In this document: piece by piece, positions 53,445-63,536 of the stretch
Layout of the letters: every line of letters begins with the position of its first letter
Numbering within the stretch: position 1 is the stretch's first letter
NCBI GenBank assembly: GCA_963771355.1
Contig: CAVYTA010000006.1
Span: forward strand, 192,001 to 256,000
DNA length: 64,000 nucleotides
Direction: 5' to 3'
DNA from: an uncultured Candidatus Rokubacteria bacterium
Lineage (GTDB): Bacteria > Methylomirabilota > Methylomirabilia > Rokubacteriales > CSP1-6
Notes under the pieces: model-generated
The model's input: the letters and a program-made list of their open reading frames with translations, nothing else
Told to the model about the DNA's origin: nothing
Databases searched by the model: none
Position numbers and translations under genes: made by a program

Positions 53445-54545
53445 ATGAGCACTCGTCGGGATTTCCTTCAGACCACCACCGGCGCCCTCGCCGGGCTCGC
53501 CTTCGTCGGGTGCGACCTGCTGCGCGCCGCGCCCGCGCGGGCGCAGGCCAGGCGCCGCGAGGTCGTCGTCAACGGCACGCGCGTCAAGACGGTGGATGTG
53601 CACGCGCATTGCGCGGTGCCCGAGGCGCTCGCGCTCATGAACCAGAAGCTCGCCGGCCCTGGCCTCCGGACCGACCTCGACATGGCGACCGAGGTCTCGC
53701 TGCGGCTGCGGACCATGGACGAGCAGGGGATCGACATCGAGGCGCTCAGCATCAACCCGAACTGGTACAAGGCGGATCGCGACCTGGCCAAGCAGATCAT
53801 CAGCATCCAGAACGAGAAGCTGGCGGCGGCGTGCGCCGCCAACCCGGACCGCTTCGTCGCCTTCGCCACGGTGGCGCTGCAGCATCCGGAGCTCGCCGCC
53901 GAGCAGCTCGAGGAAGGGGTCAAGAAGTACGGGCTTCGCGGGGCCGCCATCGGGGGGAATGTCAACGGGATGGAGATCAGCGACCCGAAGTTCCACCCGT
54001 TCTGGGCTAAGGCCGAGCAGCTCGGCGTGGTGGTATTCATCCATCCGCAGGGCGACGGCGCCCCCGCCCAGCTCGATCAGCGCTTCAAGGGCAACGGCTA
54101 TCTCGGCAACGTGATCGGCAATCCGCTCGAGACCACCATCGCGCTCTCGCATCTGATCTTCGAGGGCACGCTCGACCGGTTCCCGGGCCTCAAGATCTGC
54201 GCCGCCCATGCGGGGGGCTTCCTGCCGTCGTACTCGGGCCGGTCCGACTTCGGGTGTCCGACCCGGCCCGATCTCTGCCCGGGCGGGACGCACGGACCCA
54301 TCAAGAAGCGGCCGTCGGAATACCTCAAGCAGCTCTACTTCGACACCATGGTCTTCAACACGGAAGGCGTGCGTCACCTCGCCGCGGAGGTGGGCGTAGA
54401 CCGCCTGGTGGTCGGCACCGACTATCCCTATCCCTGGACGAAGACCGCGGTGGACCTGATCCTCCAGACGCCGGGGCTGAGCGACGCCGACAAGGCGGCC
54501 ATCCTGGGCGGCACCGCCGCCCGGCTGCTGGGGATCAAGAGCTAG
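53445..54545 (+). CDS. Tat-exported amidohydrolase_2 (ACMSD-like)
   Basis: MSTRRDFL Tat motif, DVHAH, AHAGG and GTDYP. Confidence 0.9.
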   Translation: MSTRRDFLQTTTGALAGLAFVGCDLLRAAPARAQARRREVVVNGTRVKTVDVHAHCAVPEALALMNQKLAGPGLRTDLDMATEVSLRLRTMDEQGIDIEALSINPNWYKADRDLAKQIISIQNEKLAAACAANPDRFVAFATVALQHPELAAEQLEEGVKKYGLRGAAIGGNVNGMEISDPKFHPFWAKAEQLGVVVFIHPQGDGAPAQLDQRFKGNGYLGNVIGNPLETTIALSHLIFEGTLDRFPGLKICAAHAGGFLPSYSGRSDFGCPTRPDLCPGGTHGPIKKRPSEYLKQLYFDTMVFNTEGVRHLAAEVGVDRLVVGTDYPYPWTKTAVDLILQTPGLSDADKAAILGGTAARLLGIKS

Positions 54546-54548
54546 CGG

Positions 54549-54983
54549 CTAGAGCGTCTTCACAACCTCGGCCGGCCATGCCCGGGCGTCGACGCGGGCG
54601 TGCCACTCCTTGATCTTGCCGTCCCGGTCGATCACCACGCCCACGCGCTGGGCGCCCTTCTGCGGGTCCGTGTTGGCGCCGTAGGCGGTGCCGATGTTGC
54701 GGTCGGTGTCGCAGATGAGCGGGAAGTTGAAGTGGTACTTCTCGGCGAACGCCTTGTTCTCGGCAGGGGTGTCGAACGACACCCCGAGGATCACGGCGCC
54801 CTTCTTGTCGTAGTCGGCCTTGAGGTCGCGGAACCCGCAACCCTCCGCCGTTCAGCCGGGGGTGTCGGCCTTGGGGAAGAACCACAGCACGATCGCCTTG
54901 CCCTTGAAGTCCGACAGCTTCACGGGGTTGCCGTTGTGGTCGCGGCCGGTGAAGTCGGGGGCCTTGTCGCCTGCCTTCAGCAT
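54549..54983 (-). CDS. bcp: Peroxiredoxin BCP/PrxQ, probable selenoprotein (UGA at 54852-54854)
   Basis: MLKAGDKAPDF...WFFPKADTPG-U-TAEGCGFRD...ILGVSFD forms one continuous frame. UGA sits at the peroxidatic Cys of PxxxTxxC. Confidence 0.88.
54822..54845 (-). promoter_or_regulatory. Putative bacterial SECIS element
   Basis: GAGG-G-TTGCGG-GTT-CCGCGA-CCTC hairpin. G-initial loop starts 18 nt after the UGA. Confidence 0.7.
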
Positions 54984-54999
54984 ATGTCCTCCGCTGGTG

Positions 55000-55821
55000 T
55001 CACTGGTTCTGGGTTTCGAGCAGGGCCGCGAGCGCTCGGTAGGCGCGACGGGCGCGCTCGGCGGCGGGAAGATCGGCGGTGGCCCGGGACGGCGCCTCCA
55101 CCGCGAGCGGCAAGTCCGGGGGCAGCGCGGCCACGAGATCGCGCAGGGGCAGAACGCCCTCGCCCGGAAGTAGCCGCCCCGTTCGCGCCTCGCGGATGAG
55201 CGCGGGCGAGTCGGTGGGGCCGGGCATGTCCGCGGACGCGTCGCAGATCTGCGCATAGGGAAACAGCGACGGGTCCACACCGGCGATATGCGCCGGCAGC
55301 CCTCCGGATCGGCTGAAGTGGAGCGCGTCCACCACGACCGAGGCGTTCGCGCGGTTCGCGCGGCCCACCATCTGGACGGCGTGGGCGAGCGTGGGGACTC
55401 CGGTGTAGACGGCGAACTCCAGCCCGACCCGAAGCCCGTACCGGGCCGCCCGGTCGCAGAGATCACCGAAGCGCTCGAGGGTGCGGGCCTCGTCCGGCTC
55501 GGCGCTCATGACGAGGACATGCCGCGCGCCCAGGCGCGCCGAGACTTCGAGAAAGCCCTCCGGGATACCCACCGGCCGGTCGGGCTCGAAGCGCAGAAAT
55601 TCCGTGTCGAGCACGGTGATCCCGGTGTCCTTGAGGCGCGCGAGCGTGTCCCGCAGCAGGGGCCCCTCGCTCAGGATGTCATAGGGAGGGACGCCCACGC
55701 TCGGCGGAGCGGTGAGCCGGATTCCGACCGCGTGGAAACCCGCCGCCGCCGCCACCGACACCAGCTCGGGCGGTGTCGTGTCCAGCACGGTCAGGTGAGC
55801 CAGCGAGAGCTGACGAGGCAT
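55000..55821 (-). CDS. Sugar phosphate isomerase/epimerase family TIM barrel
   Basis: LSLAHLT, GLEF, VDALHFSR, QICDA and RLLPGEG motifs. Confidence 0.85.
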   Translation of the reverse strand: MPRQLSLAHLTVLDTTPPELVSVAAAAGFHAVGIRLTAPPSVGVPPYDILSEGPLLRDTLARLKDTGITVLDTEFLRFEPDRPVGIPEGFLEVSARLGARHVLVMSAEPDEARTLERFGDLCDRAARYGLRVGLEFAVYTGVPTLAHAVQMVGRANRANASVVVDALHFSRSGGLPAHIAGVDPSLFPYAQICDASADMPGPTDSPALIREARTGRLLPGEGVLPLRDLVAALPPDLPLAVEAPSRATADLPAAERARRAYRALAALLETQNQ

Positions 55822-55837
55822 GGGGGAGACGAGGGGG

Positions 55838-57184
55838 TCAGCCCAGCAGCAGCTCGCAGGTATCCAGCCAGACCTGGGTGGTGAGGGCGAGCGATTCCAC
55901 GTCGACGCGCTCGTCGTTCCCGTGGAAGCGCCCGGCCATCGCCTCGGCGGTGAGGGCCCGCGAGAAGAGCCCGAAGCCATACGCGACGGCGCCCCGGTCG
56001 CGGAAATACGGCGCGTCGGTGAACCCCACGATCATCCGCGGCAGGAGGCTGGCCCCCGGATAGTGGGCGTCCACCACCCGGCGGAGCACGTCCCAGAGCG
56101 GCGTGCCGGTGGGCGACATCGAGGACGGCTTGGAGAAGAGCGTCTCCACCTCTACTTGCTCGGAGAGGTCGCCGAGGGCCTTGTCGAGATGGCGACGCAC
56201 CTCGTCCGCGTCGTCCCCCGGGATGGTGCGGATGTCCACCTCGATGTCCACCGCGTCGGGGATGATATTGGTCTTCGCGCCCGCGCTGCACATGTTCGGC
56301 GAAAACGTGGTGTGCGTGGCCGACCAGAGATACCGGGCCAGGGCGGGAGGCAGGCCGGCGATGGCGTCGTCCACCTGGGCCGGATCCAGCAGCGCCGCCT
56401 TCACCGCGGGCGGGAGCGTGAGCGAGTTGACGAAGCCCGCCCAGATCTCGTCCACGTACGGGGACGGCCGGTACTCCGCCAGGCGGCTGACCACGTGCGC
56501 GGCCTTCACCAGCGCGTTGTCCGCGCCATAGGGCATGGAGCCGTGCCCGGGCGTGCCCTTCACCTTGAGCCGGCGCCAGGCCACGCCCTTCTCGCCCACG
56601 TGGACGGTGACGCTCAGCGCGTCGCCGTGGGCGCTGACGGTGCCGCCGTTCTCCGTGAGGAGATAGTCCGCGTCGAGCGCGTCCCAGTGGCGCTCGCAGA
56701 CATGCCCGGCGCCGAGGGTGCCGCCCGCCTCCTCGTCGGCGCAGGCGAGGTAGACCAGGGTGCCCTTGGGCCGCCAGCCGCGCCGTGCCAGCGCCTTGAG
56801 CGCCACCGCCTGCGAGGCGGTGAGGTTGAGCATGTCCAGCGCGCCGCGCCCCCAGACCTCGCCGTTCACGAGCTCGCCCCCGAAGGGATCACGGGTCCAG
56901 GTCTTGAGATTCACGGGCACCACGTCGGTATGGCCCATCAGGCAGAGAGTGGGCGCATTCGGGTCGGTCCCCTCGATGCGGGCCACGAGGCTGGCGCGGC
57001 CCGGCGCGCCGTCGGGCTCGTAGACCTCGACGTCGAGCCCGCTGCCCTGGAGATAGGTCCGCAGGACGTCGGTGGTGCGCACCTCCTGACCCGAGGCCAC
57101 GGTGCCGTCGTTCACGCACTGGTTCCGGATGAGCTGCTGGAGCAGCTCCACGGTCTGATTGGTCAGGGCATTATCCACCGGCAT
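55838..57184 (-). CDS. M20/M25/M40 family metallopeptidase
   Basis: GHTDVV, GRGALD, ADEE, GFTD and HGNDE motifs. Confidence 0.92.
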   Translation of the reverse strand: MPVDNALTNQTVELLQQLIRNQCVNDGTVASGQEVRTTDVLRTYLQGSGLDVEVYEPDGAPGRASLVARIEGTDPNAPTLCLMGHTDVVPVNLKTWTRDPFGGELVNGEVWGRGALDMLNLTASQAVALKALARRGWRPKGTLVYLACADEEAGGTLGAGHVCERHWDALDADYLLTENGGTVSAHGDALSVTVHVGEKGVAWRRLKVKGTPGHGSMPYGADNALVKAAHVVSRLAEYRPSPYVDEIWAGFVNSLTLPPAVKAALLDPAQVDDAIAGLPPALARYLWSATHTTFSPNMCSAGAKTNIIPDAVDIEVDIRTIPGDDADEVRRHLDKALGDLSEQVEVETLFSKPSSMSPTGTPLWDVLRRVVDAHYPGASLLPRMIVGFTDAPYFRDRGAVAYGFGLFSRALTAEAMAGRFHGNDERVDVESLALTTQVWLDTCELLLG

Positions 57185-57231
57185 CGGTATCCTCCCCGGG
57201 CGACACAATAACACTGTTAGAATCCCCACCC

Positions 57232-58119
57232 ATGAGAGTCATCGACATGGAATGCACCCTGCCGAAGCGCGATCCGGGTGAGGGCGAAGCGCCGGCACCG
57301 GGCGTCGCCCCTTCCACCCCGGCGGCCGAGGACGCGCCGGCCGGTTACGGCATGGCCAACTACGGCCGCATCTTTCGCTCGCGCGCGGCCGGCGGCGATG
57401 CTCGGCCGGCGGCGGAGCTCGCCGAATACGTGGCCAAGCTCGAGAAGCTCGGCATCGTCCGCTCGGTGCCCTTCGGCGTCTCCAACGACGAGGTGGCCGC
57501 GCTGCTGCGCGATTTTCCCGGCCGCTTCATCGGTCTGGCCCGGATCAGCGGCTTCCTGGGCATGCGCGGGGTCCGCGAGCTGGAGCGGCGGGTAAAGGAG
57601 GAGGGCTTCCAGGCGCTGGGGGTCTCGGCGCTGGTGGACGGGATCCCCGCCAGCGACCGGCGCTTCTATCCGCTCTACACCAAGGCCGCCGAGCTGAACA
57701 TTCCGGTGCGCATCTACTCGTCCATGAACTACGCGAACGACCGGCCCTACGATCTCGGCCACCCGCGCCACCTCGACCAGGTGGCCATCGACTTCCCCGA
57801 GCTCACCCTCATCGGCGGGCTCGGCGGCTGGCCCTGGGTCAACGAGATGGTCGCCCTCGTCCGGCGCCACCCGAAGCTGCACCTCGACACCTCCGCGCAT
57901 CGGGGGAAGTATCTCGGCCAGCGCGGCTCCGGCTGGGAGATGCTGATGCAGTTCGGCAATACCCTCATCCAGGACAAGGTCCTGGTCGGGCTCTCGTCGG
58001 GCCTCGTGGGCCAGCCGTACGAGACGCTGATCCAGGAGTACCTGGAGCTTCCGCTCAAGGACACTGTCAAGGAGAAGTGGCTCTATAGCAATGCCGCGCG
58101 GGTGTTCGGGATCGGCTGA
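57232..58119 (+). CDS. Amidohydrolase_2 family protein with atypical metal ligands
   Basis: FYPLYTKAAEL, GGWPW, HLDTSA and NAARVF motifs. The HxH position reads DMEC. Confidence 0.8.
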   Translation: MRVIDMECTLPKRDPGEGEAPAPGVAPSTPAAEDAPAGYGMANYGRIFRSRAAGGDARPAAELAEYVAKLEKLGIVRSVPFGVSNDEVAALLRDFPGRFIGLARISGFLGMRGVRELERRVKEEGFQALGVSALVDGIPASDRRFYPLYTKAAELNIPVRIYSSMNYANDRPYDLGHPRHLDQVAIDFPELTLIGGLGGWPWVNEMVALVRRHPKLHLDTSAHRGKYLGQRGSGWEMLMQFGNTLIQDKVLVGLSSGLVGQPYETLIQEYLELPLKDTVKEKWLYSNAARVFGIG

Positions 58120-58151
58120 GCCGTTCCGGGCCCGAGCAGGAGGAGATTCCC

Positions 58152-59021
58152 ATGCTAGAGCGGAAGGTCGGCGACATCGTGATCACGCGCGTCATCGAGT
58201 CCGAGCGTCCGGACTTCGACGCCGGGCAGTTCTTCCCCAGCATCACCCCGGAGCAGTGGGCGCCCTACCGCCAGCGTTTGGCCGGCTGGGCCATGGACCT
58301 GGCCTCCAACGGCCTGGTCTTCCCCATGCAGTCCTTCCTGGTGCGCACCGCCCACCACACCATCGTGGTGGACACCTGCGTGGGCGATCACAAGAAGCGG
58401 GTCCGGCCCAACTGGAACATGACCTCCGGCGGCGAGTTCCTCAAGCGGTTTGCCGAGACCGGCGTGCGACCGGAGCAGGTGGACTACGTGATGTGCACCC
58501 ACATGCACACGGACCACGTGGGCTGGAACACGCGCTGGGATAACGGCCGGTGGGTGCCGACCTTTCCCAACGCGAAGTACATCATGTCCGAGAAGGAGCT
58601 GGCCTACTGGACCAAGCTAAACCAGGAGACGCCCCAGAACCAGATCGAGGACAGCGTCCTCCCCATCGTCGAGCAGGGGCGCGCCCAGCTGGTGAAGAAC
58701 GACTTCGCCATCGGCGACGAGGTCCGCTTCGAGTCCACCGCGGGGCATACGCCCGATCACATGAGCGTGCACATCAGCTCCCGGGGCGCGGAGGCGGTGA
58801 TCACCGGCGACCTCATCCACTCCCCGGTGCAGTGCCTGGAGACCGAGTGGGTGCCGCGCCCGGACTACGATCCGCCGCAGGCGGCGGCCACGCGGCGCGC
58901 CTTCCTCGAGCGCTACTGCGAGCGCGACGTGCTGGTCTGCGCCTCGCACTTCCCCTCGCCCTCCTTCGGCCGCGTGGTCCGCGAGGGTAACGGCTTCTGG
59001 TTCGAGTACGCGAAGGCGTAG
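58152..59021 (+). CDS. MBL-fold metallo-hydrolase (lactonase-like)
   Basis: THMHTDHVGWN, GHTPDH, GDLIH and SHFP motifs. Confidence 0.9.
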   Translation: MLERKVGDIVITRVIESERPDFDAGQFFPSITPEQWAPYRQRLAGWAMDLASNGLVFPMQSFLVRTAHHTIVVDTCVGDHKKRVRPNWNMTSGGEFLKRFAETGVRPEQVDYVMCTHMHTDHVGWNTRWDNGRWVPTFPNAKYIMSEKELAYWTKLNQETPQNQIEDSVLPIVEQGRAQLVKNDFAIGDEVRFESTAGHTPDHMSVHISSRGAEAVITGDLIHSPVQCLETEWVPRPDYDPPQAAATRRAFLERYCERDVLVCASHFPSPSFGRVVREGNGFWFEYAKA

Positions 59022-59199
59022 AGGACGAGGCGGGCCATGGACCTCGGGCTGCAGGAAGGCGATCGTCAGCCGCGCGGCAGCCTGGGCATCGGCGAGGGCC
59101 ATGCGCGCACGGGAGCTGGCTCGCGACAGGCGCGGACGTGGCGATCGTGTCGCGCCCCAAGGACATGCTGGAAGAGAAGGCCCGCGGCCGGCGAGCGGC

Positions 59200-60140
59200 C
59201 CCGGCCGCCGGAACGCGAGCGTCCCGTCGGCCCTCGGCCGACGTGACCAGCCGTCCCACGTGCACCGCATGGTGATGCAGGCGACAGAGCAGCGCGAGAT
59301 TCGAGAGCGTCGTCGGGCCGCCCTGCGCCCAGTGGTGGAGATGGTGCCCCTCGGCGATGCGAACACCGCAACCCGGGAACCGACAGCCCCGGTCCCGATG
59401 GTGTAGGGCCCGGCGCAGGGCGGGCGGAATGGTCCGGGTCCGCGCGCCGATCGCCACGACATGCCCGTCTCTTCCCATGGCGCATCACTGTGCGGTTCGC
59501 TTCACTGGTCAGACTCCGCCACGTTCCGCGGAACGTGCGCGCCGTCCCCAGCGCCGTCGCGGCTGCCCCGGTCGGCAGAACCTGGCGTCGACAAGGATTC
59601 CACCACCTGATATCGTACGTGGGGCACCCGGTCGAGCGCGTGATGCAGCGCCGTCTCCGTCATGAAGGAGCAGCGCTCGGCGCCGCTCATCATCGTCGGC
59701 GGGCTCACCGCCGGCACTGCCGCATCTGCGGCGGCGGCCTGCCGCACTCGTGGCTGCAGCACGTCAAGACCCTGGCCGTCCAGCGCGGCCGAGGAGCGCG
59801 CCACTTCGGCATCGAGCGGTCCCCGAACTACGAGCATGCCGGCATCGCCCGCAGACCTGGAGCGCCGCGGCCTTCTCGCCGCGCGCGCCACGGCGCTGGG
59901 CGCATCGACCTGCCGCCAGACGTGGAGGAGGCGCTCGACATGCGCAGTCGTCCCCGCGGCCCCATCCGCGATCGAGGCGGGCCACCGATCGCCGGTGTGG
60001 CGCCGCGTTGCTCGCACCGACAAGGCGTGGGCCATCGCGGGCGAGGGCTGATCAGCCGCGGCAGCGCCGGAGGGCGCGTGCTACAAGGACGATGGCGGCG
60101 CTCTTCTCGAACGCCCTCGCCAGGCGAGCCACTCGGCGGT
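59200..60140 (-). pseudogene. Decayed DUF222-HNH endonuclease gene
   Basis: Fragments in different frames: AEWLAWR, TAHVERL, GMLVVRG and RTRTIPPALRRALHHRDRGCRFPGC...HHLHHW...NLALLCRLHHHAVH. Confidence 0.75.
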
Positions 60141-60420
60141 GGAGCGGGCGCCCGTGCCGCTCCTCGCGTCGTACACGCGGATCGGCCGACGGCGCGCGGT
60201 GCTCGACATGGGGTGCGGGACGGGTTCCCTCGCCCGGACCCTGGCGAGCATGACGCGTCGGTCCGAGATCGTCGGGATCGATCCGGTGGCGCCCTTCGTG
60301 GAGTACGCCCGCAGCCAGGTGAAGGACCCTCGGGTCTCGTTCGAGGTGGGCGACGCGCAGGCCTTGCCCTATCCGCCGGCATCGTTCGACTGCGCGCTGT
60401 CGCTCCTCGTCTTCCGACGT
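60139..60420 (+). pseudogene. Truncated class I SAM methyltransferase
   Basis: VLDMGCGTG...GIDP...GDAQALPY...FD, after which homology is lost. Confidence 0.65.
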
Positions 60421-60429
60421 TTCCGGACG

Positions 60430-61243
60430 CCAGGCAAGCGCGGCCACGTGAGGGGAAGACGTTCGGTTCGAGACGCGAATGCGGAGGGCAAGTCGACCGC
60501 CTCCCGGCGCTCGCCGCCGAGCTGGAGTCGGCGAAAGTCGACTCATCGTCGCGGGAGGTCCTGCGGCCGCTCGAGCGGCCAAGGCGGCGACGAAGAGAGC
60601 CCGAGCGTGAACGCGTGGTGGGGAGGCCCTGACCTCGGCGAGTCCGGCGTGGTCGCCAGCTTCCGCGCCCGGGCGGAAACATCACCGGGGTCCACATGCT
60701 GTCAGGATCCTCGACGAGAAACGGCTCGAGCTTCTGCTCCAGGCCGTTCCCGCAGCGAGAAGGGGGTGCTGACATGAGGGCACGCAGGGCGAACCTATCT
60801 GGTCGCGATCGCGGAAGAGCGCCACCGCGCTCGCGGTGCAGCTGCATATCGTTGACGTCGGTGAGCCCGACGGGTACGAGAGGGCGTTCGACACAATGGT
60901 CCAGAAGGGCGTTCAGGCGCTCTTGGTGGTCGCATCGCCGAAGTTCGATCCGGAACGAAAGCTGATCTTTGCCCTGGCGGCCCGGCGACGAATCCCCACG
61001 ATGTACGGGGCGAGCGCCTTCGCGGCGGAGGGCGGGCTGATGGGCTACGGGCCGACTCGGGCGGAGTTGGATCGCCAGGCGGCAAGCCTTGTCGACAAGA
61101 TCCTCAAGGGCGCGAACCCTGGAGATCTGCCCATCGAACAGCCGACGAAGTTCGAGCTCGGCATCAATCTCAAGGCTGCGCGGGCCCTTGGTCTCACCAT
61201 CCCTCAATCGCTGTTGTCGCGAGCCGATCAGGTCATCGAGTGA
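60430..61243 (+). pseudogene. Decayed ABC substrate-binding protein (ABC_sub_bind type)
   Basis: Intact C-terminus GGLMGYG...DKILKGANPGDLPIEQPTKFELGINLKAA. Upstream remnants (DRLPALAAEL, GVVAS) lie in other frames. Confidence 0.75.
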
Positions 61244-61263
61244 CACCCCCGGGCGGCACGGGC

Positions 61264-62418
61264 ATGATCACGCGCTTCTCGACCCTCTACGTGGGCCATA
61301 TCGAGCTGGAGCGGTGCGGGCTCGACGGCGTGCCCGCCGATGACCGCCGCTACCCCAACGCGCGGCTGGCCGAATCGTTCGACACCGCGGCGGCGCTGGC
61401 CCAGGCCGCCGACACCCTGGGGTACGAGACCCTCTGGCTGGCCGAGCATCACTTCCAGCACGAGGGGTGGGAGTGCATCCCGAACATCCCGATGCTGGCG
61501 GTGGACCTGGCCCATCGCACCGAGCGGGTGAAGATCGGCTGCGCGTTCAATGTGGTTCCCGCCTGGCATCCGCTCCGCCTCGCCGAGGACTATGCCACCG
61601 CGGACATCCTCACCAAGGGCCGGATCGTGTTCGGCGTGGGCCGGGGTTACCACAGCCGCGAGGTCGAGAGCTTCGGCAATCCGATGCTCGACGCCGAGGC
61701 CAACCGGGAGCTCTTCGAGGAGCAGGTGGAGGTTATCCTGAAGGCGCTCCGCGAGGAGTCGTTCTCGCACCGGGGCAAGCACTACACGATTCCGCCGGAC
61801 GTGCCCTACCGCGGCTATCAGCTGAAGGAAATCACGCTGGTGCCGCGCCCCCTGCGCCAGCCGGTCGAGGTGTGGCAGCCCATCGTGAGCGGCAGCGCGC
61901 GGGGTCTCGAGTTCATGGCGCGGAACGGCATCAAGGGCGTCATCTCCGGCACCGCCGAGGAGCTGGTCCAGCGCTGGGTCCGCGACTATCGCGAGGTGGC
62001 GGGGCGCCACGGCCGGCAACTCCAGCTCGGCGAGGACCTCATCCTCGGCTTCCGGACTTTCCTCGACGACACGACGGAGCGGGCCATCCAGCGCGCGCGC
62101 CCGTACTTCGAGGAGCACGCCAAGGTCATGGCCCCGCTCGGGATGCTGCGCTACAGCGAGGAGCACGCGCGGGCGGTGGTGGCGCGGCAGCCCCAGTCGC
62201 CCACCACCGCGACCCTGGAGGACGGCGTGCGCAATCGGTCCTGGCTCTGTGGGCCGCCGGCGGACATCGTCGCCTATCTCAAGGACGTAGAGCGGCGGTA
62301 CCCGGGGCTGGACCACGTGATGGTGGCCTGGGCGATCGGGACGCCGCGGGACGTGATGGTCGAGCAGCTCACCCGCTTCGCCCACGAGGTCATGCCGGCG
62401 TTCAGGAAGGAGCCGTGA
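61264..62418 (+). CDS. LLM class flavin-dependent oxidoreductase
   Basis: WLAEHHF, HPLRLAED and GVGRGY motifs. Confidence 0.92.
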   Translation: MITRFSTLYVGHIELERCGLDGVPADDRRYPNARLAESFDTAAALAQAADTLGYETLWLAEHHFQHEGWECIPNIPMLAVDLAHRTERVKIGCAFNVVPAWHPLRLAEDYATADILTKGRIVFGVGRGYHSREVESFGNPMLDAEANRELFEEQVEVILKALREESFSHRGKHYTIPPDVPYRGYQLKEITLVPRPLRQPVEVWQPIVSGSARGLEFMARNGIKGVISGTAEELVQRWVRDYREVAGRHGRQLQLGEDLILGFRTFLDDTTERAIQRARPYFEEHAKVMAPLGMLRYSEEHARAVVARQPQSPTTATLEDGVRNRSWLCGPPADIVAYLKDVERRYPGLDHVMVAWAIGTPRDVMVEQLTRFAHEVMPAFRKEP

Positions 62419-63536
62419 TGCTCGAGCGCTTCAAGGTACCCGCGAAGGACCAGGTCTTCGTCGCGGAGGCGGCGCTGCGCCGGACGGTGACCGAGATCTT
62501 CGAGAAGCTGGGCCTCACGCCGGAAGACGCCGCCGAAGGAGCGGACGTCCTCACCATGACGGACCTTCGCGGGGTCGAGACGCACGGCGTGTCGAACATG
62601 CTCCGCGCGTACGTCCGCGACTACCGGGCGGGTAAGCTCGATCCGCGCCCGGGCTGGCGGATCGTCCGCGAGTCGCCCGGTACCGCGGTGATCGACGCGG
62701 AGCGGCGGCTCGGGATCATCCTCGGGCCCCGGGCGATGCGCCTCGCCATGGAAAAGGCCCGGCAGGTGGGCGTCGGCGTCGTGACCGTCTACAACAGCGG
62801 GCACTTCGGGGCGATCGGCCACTACGCCATGCAGGCGGCCCAGGCGGACATGGTCGGCGTCTGCTTCACCGCCGCCGGGCTCAACATGGTGCCCACCTTC
62901 GCGTCGAAGCCGCTGCTCGGCACCAATCCCATCGCGGTGGCCGCCCCCGCGCGCCACGAGGCGCCGCTGCTCTTCGACGCCGCCACCTCCGCGATCGCGG
63001 GCAACAAGATCCGCCTGGCCATCCGGGTGGGCTCGCCGCTTCTGCCGGGCTGGGTCACGGACAAGGAAGGCACGCCCATCATGGAGGAGAAGCCCGTCTT
63101 CGACCGCGACGAGTTCTACCAGGCACCGCTGGGCGGCACGCGCGAGCAGGGCTCGCACAAGGGCTATGGCTTCGCCCTCATGGCCGAAGTGCTCGCCACC
63201 ATGCTGTCCGGCACCGTGCCCACCATGCTCGTGGCCGGCAGCGGCTCCAAGAACCACTTCGCCGCGTACAGCATCGAGGCCTTCACCAGCCTCGAGGACT
63301 TCAAGGCCACCATGGACGAGACGCTGAGGACGCTGCGAACGGCCGAGCCCGCCCCCGGGGAGGAGCGCGTGCTTTATCCCGGGCTTCTGGAGGCGGAAGA
63401 GCTCCGCGAGCGGCGGGCCCACGGTATTCCGCTCCACAAGGAAGTCATCGAATGGTTCGGCGAGTGCACGCGGGAGATGGGGCTCGCGCCGCTCACCTCG
63501 CTGTCATCCGGTGCCACAAGCTCGCGCGCCAGGTGA
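62418..63536 (+). CDS. Ldh_2 (malate/L-lactate/sulfolactate dehydrogenase) family oxidoreductase
   Basis: RGVETHG, SGHFGA, GTNPIA and HKGYG motifs. ATG overlaps the upstream TGA. Confidence 0.9.
   Translation: MLERFKVPAKDQVFVAEAALRRTVTEIFEKLGLTPEDAAEGADVLTMTDLRGVETHGVSNMLRAYVRDYRAGKLDPRPGWRIVRESPGTAVIDAERRLGIILGPRAMRLAMEKARQVGVGVVTVYNSGHFGAIGHYAMQAAQADMVGVCFTAAGLNMVPTFASKPLLGTNPIAVAAPARHEAPLLFDAATSAIAGNKIRLAIRVGSPLLPGWVTDKEGTPIMEEKPVFDRDEFYQAPLGGTREQGSHKGYGFALMAEVLATMLSGTVPTMLVAGSGSKNHFAAYSIEAFTSLEDFKATMDETLRTLRTAEPAPGEERVLYPGLLEAEELRERRAHGIPLHKEVIEWFGECTREMGLAPLTSLSSGATSSRAR

Noticed and set aside
59250..59478. HNH as part of an IscB/Cas9-like or defence system
   Set aside because: The context is RDRGCRFPGC of the DUF222 family. 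No RuvC motifs, array or partner genes are present, and the gene is decayed.
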